The notes under the pieces are model-generated. The model saw only the letters and a list, made by a program, of their open reading frames with translations. It had not been told where the DNA came from and searched no databases. A DNA stretch of 64,000 bases from an uncultured SAR86 cluster bacterium (GTDB taxonomy: Bacteria > Pseudomonadota > Gammaproteobacteria > Magnimaribacterales > AG-339-G14), in contig CABZES010000003.1 of the NCBI GenBank assembly GCA_902524805.1, forward strand, positions 30,574-94,573. Direction: 5' to 3'. Shown here in pieces: positions 21,480-30,328 of this stretch. Position 1 is the stretch's first letter. Every line of letters starts with the position of its first letter. The translations under genes and the position numbers were made by a program.

Positions 21480-22736
21480 TTATTCAGAGTAGACGGGGAA
21501 TTGACCACAGAGGTCAGTTACTTCATTTTTAGTCTGATTAATTAGTTTTTCGTTTTCAACATCATGGATAATATTTTTAATCCAGGAGGCTATTAAATCC
21601 ATTTCAGTTTCTTTGAACCCTCTACGTGTAACGGCAGGTGTACCAATTCTAATTCCAGAAGTCACGAAAGGAGACTGAGGGTCATTAGGGACAGAGTTTT
21701 TATTTACTGTAATGTTTGCTTGGCCCAACGCAGCATCAAGTACTTTTCCAGTTATTTTATTTTTTACTAGATCAACTAGGAACATATGATTTGATGTGCC
21801 GTTAGAGACGATATCAATATCATTTTTCATTAAGGCAGCACTCATCCTTTTAGCGTTGTTCAGGATTTGTTGTTGATACTCAATGAATTCAGGTTCCATA
21901 GCTTCTTTGAAGCAGACTGCTTTGGCAGCTATGACATGCATCAGAGGACCGCCCTGTGAGCCAGGAAATAGGGCTGAATTTAGCTTCTTATGTAAATCTT
22001 CGTCCTTACCAGCTAAGATAAGCCCACCTCTTGGGCCAACTAAAGTTTTATGAGTTGTTGTAGAAACCACATGAGCGTGAGGAAAAGGATTGGGATATAA
22101 ACCAGCCGCAACAAGTCCAGAGACATGAGAAATGTCAGCTAATAAATATGCGCCAATGGAGTCAGCAATTTCTCTAAACCGTTTAAAATCTAAAATTCCA
22201 GAAAAAGCCGAGAAACCGCAAATAATTAATTTCGGTTGATGTTCTTTGGCTAAAGATTGCACTTCATCATAGTCAATGTCACCAGTTACTGGATCAATAC
22301 CGTAACTATAAGATTCGTATATTTTTCCAGAAAAATTAACTTTAGAACCATGTGTCAGATGACCACCATGATCGAGACTCATACCTAAAATCTTATCACC
22401 AGCATTAAGCAATGCTAAAAATATTGCTGCATTTGCGCTAGCTCCAGAGTGCGGTTGAACATTTGCAAAATCCGCTTTGAATAGTTTTTTTGCTCTGTCG
22501 ATAGCTAATTGCTCTGCTACATCAACAAACTCACAACCGCCGTAGTATCTTTTTCCTGGATAACCTTCAGCGTACTTATTAGTTAAAATTCCGCCTTGAG
22601 CTTCCATAACTCTAGGCGAAGCATAGTTCTCAGAAGCTATAAGCTCTATGTGCTGCTCTTGACGGGTACGCTCTGCTTCCAAAGCTTGCCAGAGGTCTTT
22701 ATCAAAAGTTTCAATGGATAAATTATTTCCGTACAT
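21480..22736 (-). CDS. glyA: serine hydroxymethyltransferase
   Basis: PLP-lysine peptide [16 protein letters not shown]; 418 aa. Confidence 0.97.
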   Translation of the reverse strand: MYGNNLSIETFDKDLWQALEAERTRQEQHIELIASENYASPRVMEAQGGILTNKYAEGYPGKRYYGGCEFVDVAEQLAIDRAKKLFKADFANVQPHSGASANAAIFLALLNAGDKILGMSLDHGGHLTHGSKVNFSGKIYESYSYGIDPVTGDIDYDEVQSLAKEHQPKLIICGFSAFSGILDFKRFREIADSIGAYLLADISHVSGLVAAGLYPNPFPHAHVVSTTTHKTLVGPRGGLILAGKDEDLHKKLNSALFPGSQGGPLMHVIAAKAVCFKEAMEPEFIEYQQQILNNAKRMSAALMKNDIDIVSNGTSNHMFLVDLVKNKITGKVLDAALGQANITVNKNSVPNDPQSPFVTSGIRIGTPAVTRRGFKETEMDLIASWIKNIIHDVENEKLINQTKNEVTDLCGQFPVYSE

Positions 22737-22782
22737 TATTCACTAATAAAAAAGACAATTATACCTTGCCTTACGATCTTTT

Positions 22783-23436
22783 CTACGGCTTATTGGTTAT
22801 AACCTTACTTCTTCTCTTTGGAAAGAGGGTTTTACATAATTTGCAATCCAAGCCGTAACATTTTCTCGCCTGACAAAATTCTCGCCCATAAAAAATGATT
22901 TGTAAGTGCAAATCACCCCACGATTCTTGGGGAAATAGCTTTTTTAAGTCTTTTTCAGTTTGCTCAACATTTTTACCATTAGTTAGTTTCCATCTTTGAG
23001 CTAATCTATGAATATGGGTATCAACAGCGAAAGAGGGTTTGCCAAAGGCTTGGTTGAGAACTACCGATGCGGTTTTGTGGCCAACCCCAGGTAAAGTCAC
23101 AAGCTCTTCTATGGTTTGTGGAACTTTTGAACGATATTTCTCAATGAGTATCTTGGATGTTTCAAAAATAGCTTTAGATTTTTTTGGCGCCAGACCACAA
23201 GTCTTTATATAAGAGTGAATTTTAGCTCTGCCTAGAGCATGCATTGCTTTGGGGGTTTTAGCCTTCTTGAACAAGGTTTTGGTGACGATGTTTACTCTTT
23301 CATCAGTGCATTGGGCACTTAAAAGCACTGCAATGAGCAAAGTAAATGGATTAGAGAAATCTAAAGGTGGCTTGGGATTTTTGTACATTTTGCCTAATTC
23401 CCTTCTTATAAAATCAGCTCTCTCTTGTCTTTTCAC
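22783..23436 (-). CDS. nth: endonuclease III (HhH-GPD DNA glycosylase/AP lyase)
   Basis: GTG start (cac at 23434-23436). LIAVLLSAQCTD, HhH LPGVGHKTA, catalytic-region VDTHIHR. The C-terminal four-Cys cluster has unusual spacing. Confidence 0.92.
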   Translation of the reverse strand: MKRQERADFIRRELGKMYKNPKPPLDFSNPFTLLIAVLLSAQCTDERVNIVTKTLFKKAKTPKAMHALGRAKIHSYIKTCGLAPKKSKAIFETSKILIEKYRSKVPQTIEELVTLPGVGHKTASVVLNQAFGKPSFAVDTHIHRLAQRWKLTNGKNVEQTEKDLKKLFPQESWGDLHLQIIFYGREFCQARKCYGLDCKLCKTLFPKRRSKVITNKP

Positions 23437-23451
23437 TAAAAATTCAAAGTG

Positions 23452-23481
23452 TTGTGTTAATTTAGGGTTTTGGGTTAATAT
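23452..23481 (+). promoter_or_regulatory. candidate sigma-70 promoter for the first TonB-dependent receptor
   Basis: TTGTGT (23452-23457), 18-nt spacer, TAATAT (23476-23481). The AT-rich background makes this weak evidence. Confidence 0.3.
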
Positions 23482-23600
23482 ACACGAACAGTTAAGGGAA
23501 TAACTGTTTCTGGGGGGACACGGAAGGTCAATTTTCCTATTTTTTCTCTAAAACATTAATATCCTTTAATTATTAATAAATTTCTTAAGGAGAAGAAATA

Positions 23601-26600
23601 ATGTTTAAAAAATTATTTATTTTATCAATTATGGCAGCCATGCCGTTTGTTGCTTTTACTCAAGCAATTGAGGAAGTAACTGTTACGGCAACAAGAAAGT
23701 CAGAATCCGTGCAAGATATTGCACTATCGGTCCAAGTACTTTCTGCAGAAGATATTGGCGAGAATAAAATTCTTAATGCTGCTGATTTGCAACAATTAGT
23801 TCCTGGGTTCAGCTATGTGCAAGGAATAGGTTCTGGATCTGGTTATTCCATTAGGGGTCTATCAGTTCCAGCTACTGGTTCTGCAACCACTGATGCTGCC
23901 GGTTCAGCAGTCAACAACCACTACGTCAATCCTACTATTATTGGGTATATCGGTTTTATGGATGCGGAAAACGTACAGGTTCTTGAAGGACCTCAAGGAA
24001 CTTTGTACGGACGAAACACTACTACGGGACTAATGAATGTGGTGACTAATACTTATGGCGCAGGAAATTATGTTTCTGTAAACACAGGTGAAGATGGTTA
24101 CGGCGTTGTAAAACTTGGTTACGATCTTGATTTAGGCCTTGATAGTGTAACTGCAAGACTTGCCTACCAAGCAAAAACCAAAGATGGGATGGTCTTTAAT
24201 AAAGTCACTGATACCGACATTGACAGTAGAGACGCTAGTTCGGGTCGAATTTCTTTAGCTTTCGATGCTGCTAGCAATCAAATAATTAACCTAATGTACG
24301 AGCATCATGAAGCGGATGACAATAGATTAAACAGAGGAACAGCGATGTGCTCAAGAGAAGCTTTTTATGGTTGTAGTCCTTTAGAAAGAGGAGACATTAA
24401 TGAACCGTACATGATCTCTGGGACCGTCAGTAACACTTGGGCTGATTTAACTCAGACAAACAGATTAATAACTTCACCTCAATTAGGTAAAGTAGATTAC
24501 TACGCTGGTACGGAAGCTCTTGCTGGAAATTCTATTGATCAAGTTTATAAGACAAGAAACTTAGAACATGCATTCGACTATGATTTAGTGCAACTTGAAC
24601 ATATCTGGGATATTTCTGACGAATTAGAAATGACTTCAAAATATTCATACTCGGATTGGGATTTTCGTCAGGTGGACGATAATTCTCACTCGCACCCCTC
24701 AGCTACACTTGTATATGACTTAGGACCTTTAACATTAGGTTCCGCAGCTTATCCGTTTAAGTACAGATGTATGCCAGAGCAAAATACAACTAATCTAACT
24801 GAGGCAATTGAGTGTTCAAATGTGAATACTGATATTGATCAATTTGAAATTAATTTAGTTTCAGATTTTGACGGACCGCATAACTTTACTGCTGGTCTTT
24901 ACTACTATGAATCTGAATCTTTCAACCAATATTCAATTCAAACCACTGCCTACGCGGTAGCTGGAGATTTCCAACTTCACCCACTATCACAGGTTCTTTT
25001 TAGTGGTGCATTAGATGGCTATGGCGGTACTTCTTTTTTCCAAACTCTCTATGGAACAATAACTGGAGGTGCAAGTGGAACTCTTGAAGCGCCAGCTGGA
25101 TCTCCTCCTGCAGTTCTAGGAGCATTTGCAGCAGCAAATGGATACGCTGCAGCTTTACAAGCTTATGCGACGGATCCAACTCCTGGCGGTGCAGCTGAAA
25201 CTGCTTATAAACAAGTAGGTGCAGCTATGGCGGCCATCATACAACAAGCTGGTCTCACTAAGAAAACAATTCCTTGGGAAAACCGTGGTTCTATGACTGA
25301 CCAAAGAAGCACAATCGATACAACGGCGCTTTTTGGTGAGTACTATTATCAAATAAACGACGATTTGAAACTTACTTTGGGTGCAAGATTCATGGATGAT
25401 AACTATGTTTCTCAATCAACAGGTGGTCTGTTGGATGGTGCAAGTGGTTATACCTCGACAAGCACTGACTATGAAACGGGTTATCAAGAATCAGCTACTC
25501 TGTCAGATGGTGGAAGCGATGAAGAGATGTTCAAAGTTGCTCTTCAATATGACTTTTTAGATGACAGTATGGTTTATGCATCAGCAGTGACCGGTGTTCG
25601 TCCTGGTGGAATCGAGCCGACGGGTGCTTTGTATGATGCTGAAGAAACTACCTCTCTAGAGCTAGGAACCAGAAATATTTTAATGGACGGTCGCCTAAAG
25701 CTTAACGCTACTTATTTCTCTCATGAGACAGAAGGAGCACAGTTTTCAAACACAAGAGGTTTTTCAGCTTACGTAGAAGCGCAAGATTTTACTCAGACTG
25801 GTATCCAAGTTCAGGCTGAATACAACCTTACAGATTCTACTATTCTTAAATTCAGCGCACTCTCAATTGATAGTGAGATGGATGGAAATAATAATGTTTC
25901 GGATGTACTTAATCCTACTGGAATGAAGTCTGTATTAGGCGTGTACACAGCTTCAACCTTATCAACAGGAATTGATCAGTTTGTTGCGCCGGTTTCAGCC
26001 GCGTTAGCAGCCGGCTTTAAGTCTGATCTTGATGGAAGTGGATCTCTGGATATAATAGATGCCTGTGTTGCAGGAAATGCACTATGTGGAGCAGCGGCAT
26101 TCGCAATAACTACATCTGAAATGCCAAGTGGCTTTGATATACTCGCTAACCCATTGGGAACAATTACTTGTTTGACTTGTATTGCTCTTTTCGGAAATGA
26201 TCCAGCAACTAATGCAAATTTGTATAGTCAAACAGGCGTCAACTCAAGTGATGCAGCTATGTTAGGACAATATGCACCTAGCCTTGCTGGAAATGAAGTA
26301 CCTGGTTCACCTGATCTAGATTACAACATCTCAATCACTCAATTCTTTCCAGTTTTTAATGGAATTGGTTCAGCGACTTTGTTGTTCTCTCACAAAGGTG
26401 AGTTCTATACCGATATTTGGAATAGAGAGCATCAAAAAGTAGAAGAAGCAGACTTTATTGATTTGCAAACTTACTTCAGACCTAACGATGGCGATTGGTA
26501 TGTTTCTCTTTGGGCTAAAAACCTTGAAGATAAAAGAAACATAACTTCAATTGGAAGCGGAAGCCCTTTGCAAGGAGGAATTAGCTTTGTAACTTTTGAT

Positions 26601-26642
26601 GAAGGAATGAGAGCTGGATTAGAATTCGGTATGGAATTTTAA
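23601..26642 (+). CDS. TonB-dependent receptor (large, 1013 aa)
   Basis: Signal peptide MFKKLFILSIMAAMPFVAFT/QA. TonB-box/plug EEVTVTATRKSESVQDI and VLEGPQGTLYGRNTTTG. C-terminal aromatic residue (..GMEF). RBS AAGGAG 9 nt upstream. Confidence 0.9.
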   Translation: MFKKLFILSIMAAMPFVAFTQAIEEVTVTATRKSESVQDIALSVQVLSAEDIGENKILNAADLQQLVPGFSYVQGIGSGSGYSIRGLSVPATGSATTDAAGSAVNNHYVNPTIIGYIGFMDAENVQVLEGPQGTLYGRNTTTGLMNVVTNTYGAGNYVSVNTGEDGYGVVKLGYDLDLGLDSVTARLAYQAKTKDGMVFNKVTDTDIDSRDASSGRISLAFDAASNQIINLMYEHHEADDNRLNRGTAMCSREAFYGCSPLERGDINEPYMISGTVSNTWADLTQTNRLITSPQLGKVDYYAGTEALAGNSIDQVYKTRNLEHAFDYDLVQLEHIWDISDELEMTSKYSYSDWDFRQVDDNSHSHPSATLVYDLGPLTLGSAAYPFKYRCMPEQNTTNLTEAIECSNVNTDIDQFEINLVSDFDGPHNFTAGLYYYESESFNQYSIQTTAYAVAGDFQLHPLSQVLFSGALDGYGGTSFFQTLYGTITGGASGTLEAPAGSPPAVLGAFAAANGYAAALQAYATDPTPGGAAETAYKQVGAAMAAIIQQAGLTKKTIPWENRGSMTDQRSTIDTTALFGEYYYQINDDLKLTLGARFMDDNYVSQSTGGLLDGASGYTSTSTDYETGYQESATLSDGGSDEEMFKVALQYDFLDDSMVYASAVTGVRPGGIEPTGALYDAEETTSLELGTRNILMDGRLKLNATYFSHETEGAQFSNTRGFSAYVEAQDFTQTGIQVQAEYNLTDSTILKFSALSIDSEMDGNNNVSDVLNPTGMKSVLGVYTASTLSTGIDQFVAPVSAALAAGFKSDLDGSGSLDIIDACVAGNALCGAAAFAITTSEMPSGFDILANPLGTITCLTCIALFGNDPATNANLYSQTGVNSSDAAMLGQYAPSLAGNEVPGSPDLDYNISITQFFPVFNGIGSATLLFSHKGEFYTDIWNREHQKVEEADFIDLQTYFRPNDGDWYVSLWAKNLEDKRNITSIGSGSPLQGGISFVTFDEGMRAGLEFGMEF

Positions 26643-26663
26643 AAATCTCATAAAATAACCCCG

Positions 26664-26696
26664 AAAAGCCCTGCTCAAAAGCAGGGCTTTTTTTTT
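26664..26696 (+). terminator. Rho-independent terminator after the first TonB-dependent receptor
   Basis: AAAA-GCCCTGC-tcaaaa-GCAGGGC followed by a run of 9 T. 7-bp GC-rich stem, located 22 nt after the stop codon. Confidence 0.85.
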
Positions 26697-26706
26697 CTAC
26701 GAATGC

Positions 26707-26735
26707 TTGTCTTATAAAAATAGCTAGGGTATTAT
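26707..26735 (+). promoter_or_regulatory. candidate sigma-70 promoter for the second TonB-dependent receptor
   Basis: TTGTCT (26707-26712), 17-nt spacer, TATTAT (26730-26735). Lies just downstream of the terminator and leaves a leader of roughly 115 nt. Confidence 0.45.
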
Positions 26736-26856
26736 CGAAAAATAGGGGAGACATATAGACTTGTAGCAAGACGCTTCAACCTTTCAATAGTCAATGGATT
26801 GAGAAACAGAAAGTTTGTTTCTTTATTTACATTTGTACTCAAATTGGGAGGAGTCA

Positions 26857-29800
26857 ATGAACCGATTTATTAAATTTTTAATAGCTGGCGCAGTTATTAT
26901 GGGCTTCCAAGTGCCCGCTTTTGCGCAAGCTTCGCTTGAAGAAGTAATCGTAACAGCACAACGTACCGAGCAAAGTCTTCAAGACGTACCGATTGCGGTA
27001 ACCGCATTAACTAGTGATGACTTAGACGTAAAACAAGTTATTACTTTCTCAGATTTACAATTAAATGTACCGGGTCTAAGTTACGGACAAACTAACTTTG
27101 GTGGTGCATCAATTAATTTAAGAGGTATAGGTAATTTAGCTACTGGAGCTTCTTTTGACCAATCCGTTACTTATCATGTAAACGGTGCAGCAGTTTCTAC
27201 TTCTGCAGTTGGACTGGAGCAATATGATGTTGCTAGGGTTGAGGTCTTAAGGGGACCGCAAGGAACTCTGTTCGGAAGAGGCACAACTGGTGGAGCTATT
27301 AACGCCATTACCAATTCCGCTGATTTTGATGAATCTTATGGAAAGGTAAAAGTTACAGCTGGTAACTTTAATACTCAAAAAATAGAAGGTATGTTCAACA
27401 TGCCTATCTCTGAAAATCTTGCTGTGCGTTTTGCTGGTTATGATTTACAAAGAGATGGATTCATCGATAACTTATTTATGCCTAACGATGATTACGATGG
27501 TAGAAATCAAACTTCTGGTCGTTTTTCATTAGCTTGGAATCCTTCCGATCAAATTTCAATAACTGCAATGTTTGAAAACTACAACGAAGAGAGTTCAAGA
27601 GCTTTGAAAGGTCGTTATGTTTGTACAGAAAGCCCAACTCCCAATAGAGGTTGTACTTTAGGTGGAAAAGGCTCTGACTTGGCTAATCCTTCAGGAGTTT
27701 ATGATGGAATTATTGCTTCGGCTTTATTGGGCACTGCCCCTGCAGGAGCTAATGTTGCCGGTTATAGAGCTTTCGGACTGTTAGCGGGTAACGAAATTAG
27801 ACCTACTAATTTAGGGGTTAGAGAAGCTCATGCTGACTTCAGTCCAATTTGGAAACGTGACAGCATAACTTCACAATTTACTTTTGCTTATGAATTAGAC
27901 GCTGGAACAGTTTCTTTTAACTACACGGGTCAAGAAGGCGAATCATACGACCGTTCTGACACGGATATGGCTGTTAACCCAGCTATTGCAACTAAAGTTG
28001 GTTCAGGTGCGTCAGCTACTTATACTAGAAATGATTCTGATCCTACTTTTGGCTTGCCTCTATTAGATGGTTGTGCGGGCGACTGGTGTGGATATACAGG
28101 ACCAACTAAAGCTGAAGAAATTGCTGCAAACAGCGTTAATTTGTTTGAAAAGTACACTATCGCTACCGTCACGAGAGGTACCTTTATCGATGGTACTACA
28201 TCTAACAATGATCAAGATTATTACGAATTTAAATTTATCTCTGATTTCGATGGTCCGCATAATTTCTTACTGGGTATCAATTCGTACGAAGCTTATTCGA
28301 CTGGTCGATACTTAACAGTTAGCTCGCCATTAGCGATGTTAGCCACTGCGGTTGCTTACTATCCTTCTAACTTTGGAACGCTTACAAATTACAGTTTGGA
28401 AGCTGAAGGGATTTTTGCTGAGTATTACTATCAAATAAACGACGACATGAAGCTTACTTTAGGTGCGCGTTATGCCGATGAGACAAAAACTCAAGACACA
28501 TTCAGAACTACTTATAATATGGGTCGAAACATTAATGTCCTGCCGGGTGGAATAGCTACTGCTGGTCAAAAATTTCTGGGTTGGTCTGAAGAAGGTAACG
28601 GTAAATTTGTTCATGCGACTCTATGGGGTAACTGTATCGAAGGTATAACCGGTACATTAACTTCATCATTCACAGAGGGAGCTAAACCTAATGCCTTGTT
28701 TCCAGGAACAGAAAATACTTGTTCGGTTGATGCTCTAGAGGTCATAGCTCAACACGATGGTGCCTTAACTAAAATTAATAATGCTTATGCGGCTTTCAAA
28801 GCAGCAAAAATTACTTATGGTGGACAGCTTGCTGTCGGTGGTGGTTCAACTTCTGCTGAGAATGATGCTGTATACGGACTTGCTTTAGCTACTTATTTGG
28901 GTGAAGTTTCAGATGCAGTGCCATCTTTGTACGTTCAAAACCAAGACTATTTAAATCCAACTTGGCCTGCTTATAAACAAAACTCGTTTGATTATGAAAC
29001 GGTTTCAGGACGTGTGGTCTTTGACTGGCAATATGATGAAAACTCTATGATGTATGCTTCTTATGCAAGAGGTGTGAAGCCAGCGGGGATTAACCCAGCT
29101 GCGAACCCTAGAGTTTACAGACCTTGTACTGCTGGAGCTTGGGGAGCTGCAACGTCAGCCGCCGATGGTTGTATTGACATCCCTGCTCAAACTAAAAAAG
29201 AAGAAGTAGATACTTTTGAATTAGGTGTGAAGACCGATCTATTAGATGGTCAATTAAGACTTAATGCGAACTACTTCATGTCTGATTATTCTAATCTTCA
29301 AATAGCTTCGGTTATCGCTGCGACGACTTATAACTTTAACTCAGATGCAGAAATTTCAGGGGCCGAAGTAGAGCTTACTTATGTTCCAACTGATGTGCCT
29401 AACTTAAGAGTAGACTTTATGTTGTCGCTCTTAGATACGGAATTAACATCAGATGATAGGAGAATCAACCCATTCAATAAATTAGGAATAGGTACTAAAA
29501 ATGACATCTCTACTACTCATCACGAGATTAAATGTACAGCGATTCTTTATCGAGCAACTGGTTGTATTGGTAATAACTTTGTTGTCGCGAAAGCTGATCT
29601 TTTAGCTAAAGGACCTGCTGGAGTTGGAGCTGCAGGTGGTGTCGGCGGTGATGGCACTATTTCTACTACTGAATGGTTAACTGGATTAGGAACTATTGCA
29701 GGGTTCGCTTTATCTCCAGTTAATGTAACTTCGCTCCCAACTTATGGGGACAGAAGTTGTTACGATAATGAAGCAGACTGTTCTGGTACTTTCTATGATA

Positions 29801-30195
29801 TTCCTACTATTACAGGATCGTCTCAGTCCTTGAAAGGCAACCAACTGCCTCAAGCACCGGAATACTCTGGTAATTTGAGTGTCAGTTATGACTTTAGAAC
29901 TGCGAATGGATATACATTAATCCCAACAGTAAGTTATTACTTCCAAGATGACTCTTTCTCAACTGAGTACAATGCTACCATTTCAGATATTATAGAGTCT
30001 TGGGATGAAGTAAATCTTGGGTTGGTAGTAATTCCGCCTCAAGGAGACTGGTCTATAAAAGCCTATGCAAGAAACGTAACAGATGAAGATAATGTTACTA
30101 CTAAGTACAACTCGACGGATATTACAGGTAACTTCCAATCATGGCAGTACCGTGATCCTAGAACGCTTGGTATGGAATTCACAATGAATTTCTAA
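26857..30195 (+). CDS. TonB-dependent receptor (large, 1112 aa), paralogue of the upstream receptor
   Basis: I place the start at MNRFIKFLIAGAV... (GGAGG RBS just upstream) rather than the track TTG at 26815. Signal peptide ..VPAFA/QA; EEVIVTAQRTEQSLQDV; VLRGPQGTLFGRGTTGG; ends ..FTMNF. Confidence 0.9.
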   Translation: MNRFIKFLIAGAVIMGFQVPAFAQASLEEVIVTAQRTEQSLQDVPIAVTALTSDDLDVKQVITFSDLQLNVPGLSYGQTNFGGASINLRGIGNLATGASFDQSVTYHVNGAAVSTSAVGLEQYDVARVEVLRGPQGTLFGRGTTGGAINAITNSADFDESYGKVKVTAGNFNTQKIEGMFNMPISENLAVRFAGYDLQRDGFIDNLFMPNDDYDGRNQTSGRFSLAWNPSDQISITAMFENYNEESSRALKGRYVCTESPTPNRGCTLGGKGSDLANPSGVYDGIIASALLGTAPAGANVAGYRAFGLLAGNEIRPTNLGVREAHADFSPIWKRDSITSQFTFAYELDAGTVSFNYTGQEGESYDRSDTDMAVNPAIATKVGSGASATYTRNDSDPTFGLPLLDGCAGDWCGYTGPTKAEEIAANSVNLFEKYTIATVTRGTFIDGTTSNNDQDYYEFKFISDFDGPHNFLLGINSYEAYSTGRYLTVSSPLAMLATAVAYYPSNFGTLTNYSLEAEGIFAEYYYQINDDMKLTLGARYADETKTQDTFRTTYNMGRNINVLPGGIATAGQKFLGWSEEGNGKFVHATLWGNCIEGITGTLTSSFTEGAKPNALFPGTENTCSVDALEVIAQHDGALTKINNAYAAFKAAKITYGGQLAVGGGSTSAENDAVYGLALATYLGEVSDAVPSLYVQNQDYLNPTWPAYKQNSFDYETVSGRVVFDWQYDENSMMYASYARGVKPAGINPAANPRVYRPCTAGAWGAATSAADGCIDIPAQTKKEEVDTFELGVKTDLLDGQLRLNANYFMSDYSNLQIASVIAATTYNFNSDAEISGAEVELTYVPTDVPNLRVDFMLSLLDTELTSDDRRINPFNKLGIGTKNDISTTHHEIKCTAILYRATGCIGNNFVVAKADLLAKGPAGVGAAGGVGGDGTISTTEWLTGLGTIAGFALSPVNVTSLPTYGDRSCYDNEADCSGTFYDIPTITGSSQSLKGNQLPQAPEYSGNLSVSYDFRTANGYTLIPTVSYYFQDDSFSTEYNATISDIIESWDEVNLGLVVIPPQGDWSIKAYARNVTDEDNVTTKYNSTDITGNFQSWQYRDPRTLGMEFTMNF

Positions 30196-30214
30196 ATTCA
30201 TAGAATTTCCAATT

Positions 30215-30245
30215 AAAAAGCCCTGTTTCGACAGGGCTTTTTTTT
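30215..30245 (+). terminator. Rho-independent terminator after the second TonB-dependent receptor
   Basis: AAAAA-GCCCTGT-ttcg-ACAGGGC followed by a run of 8 T. UUCG tetraloop; located 20 nt after the stop codon. Confidence 0.85.
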
Positions 30246-30254
30246 GAAATAGAA

Positions 30255-30284
30255 TTAGATAATAGAAAACAAATTCTTTATAAT
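30255..30284 (+). promoter_or_regulatory. candidate sigma-70 promoter for the thiolase gene
   Basis: TTAGAT (30255-30260), 18-nt spacer, TATAAT (30279-30284), downstream of the second terminator. Confidence 0.35.
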
Positions 30285-30328
30285 CTCTCTCTGTTTAAAA
30301 AAAATTAAACAATATTTTAGGAGAAAAA

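Noticed and set aside
23545-23585. Possible Fur-box-like AT-rich sequence (cattaatatcctttaattattaataaat) upstream of the first receptor.
   Set aside because: It shows only loose hexamer resemblance to GATAATGATAATCATTATC, and in DNA this AT-rich such matches are expected by chance. No iron-uptake genes are adjacent.
26815-26856. TTG-initiated 14-codon extension (MFLYLHLYSNWEES) upstream of the second receptor.
   Set aside because: A GGAGG Shine-Dalgarno immediately precedes the ATG at 26857, and a normal signal peptide begins there. The extension would bury the signal peptide.
28020-28315. Three small overlapping ORFs (62, 65 and 82 aa) on both strands inside the second TonB-dependent receptor gene.
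   Set aside because: They lie entirely within a well-supported 1112-aa CDS. I saw no RBS or motif evidence. They sit in a locally less AT-rich stretch where stop codons are rarer.
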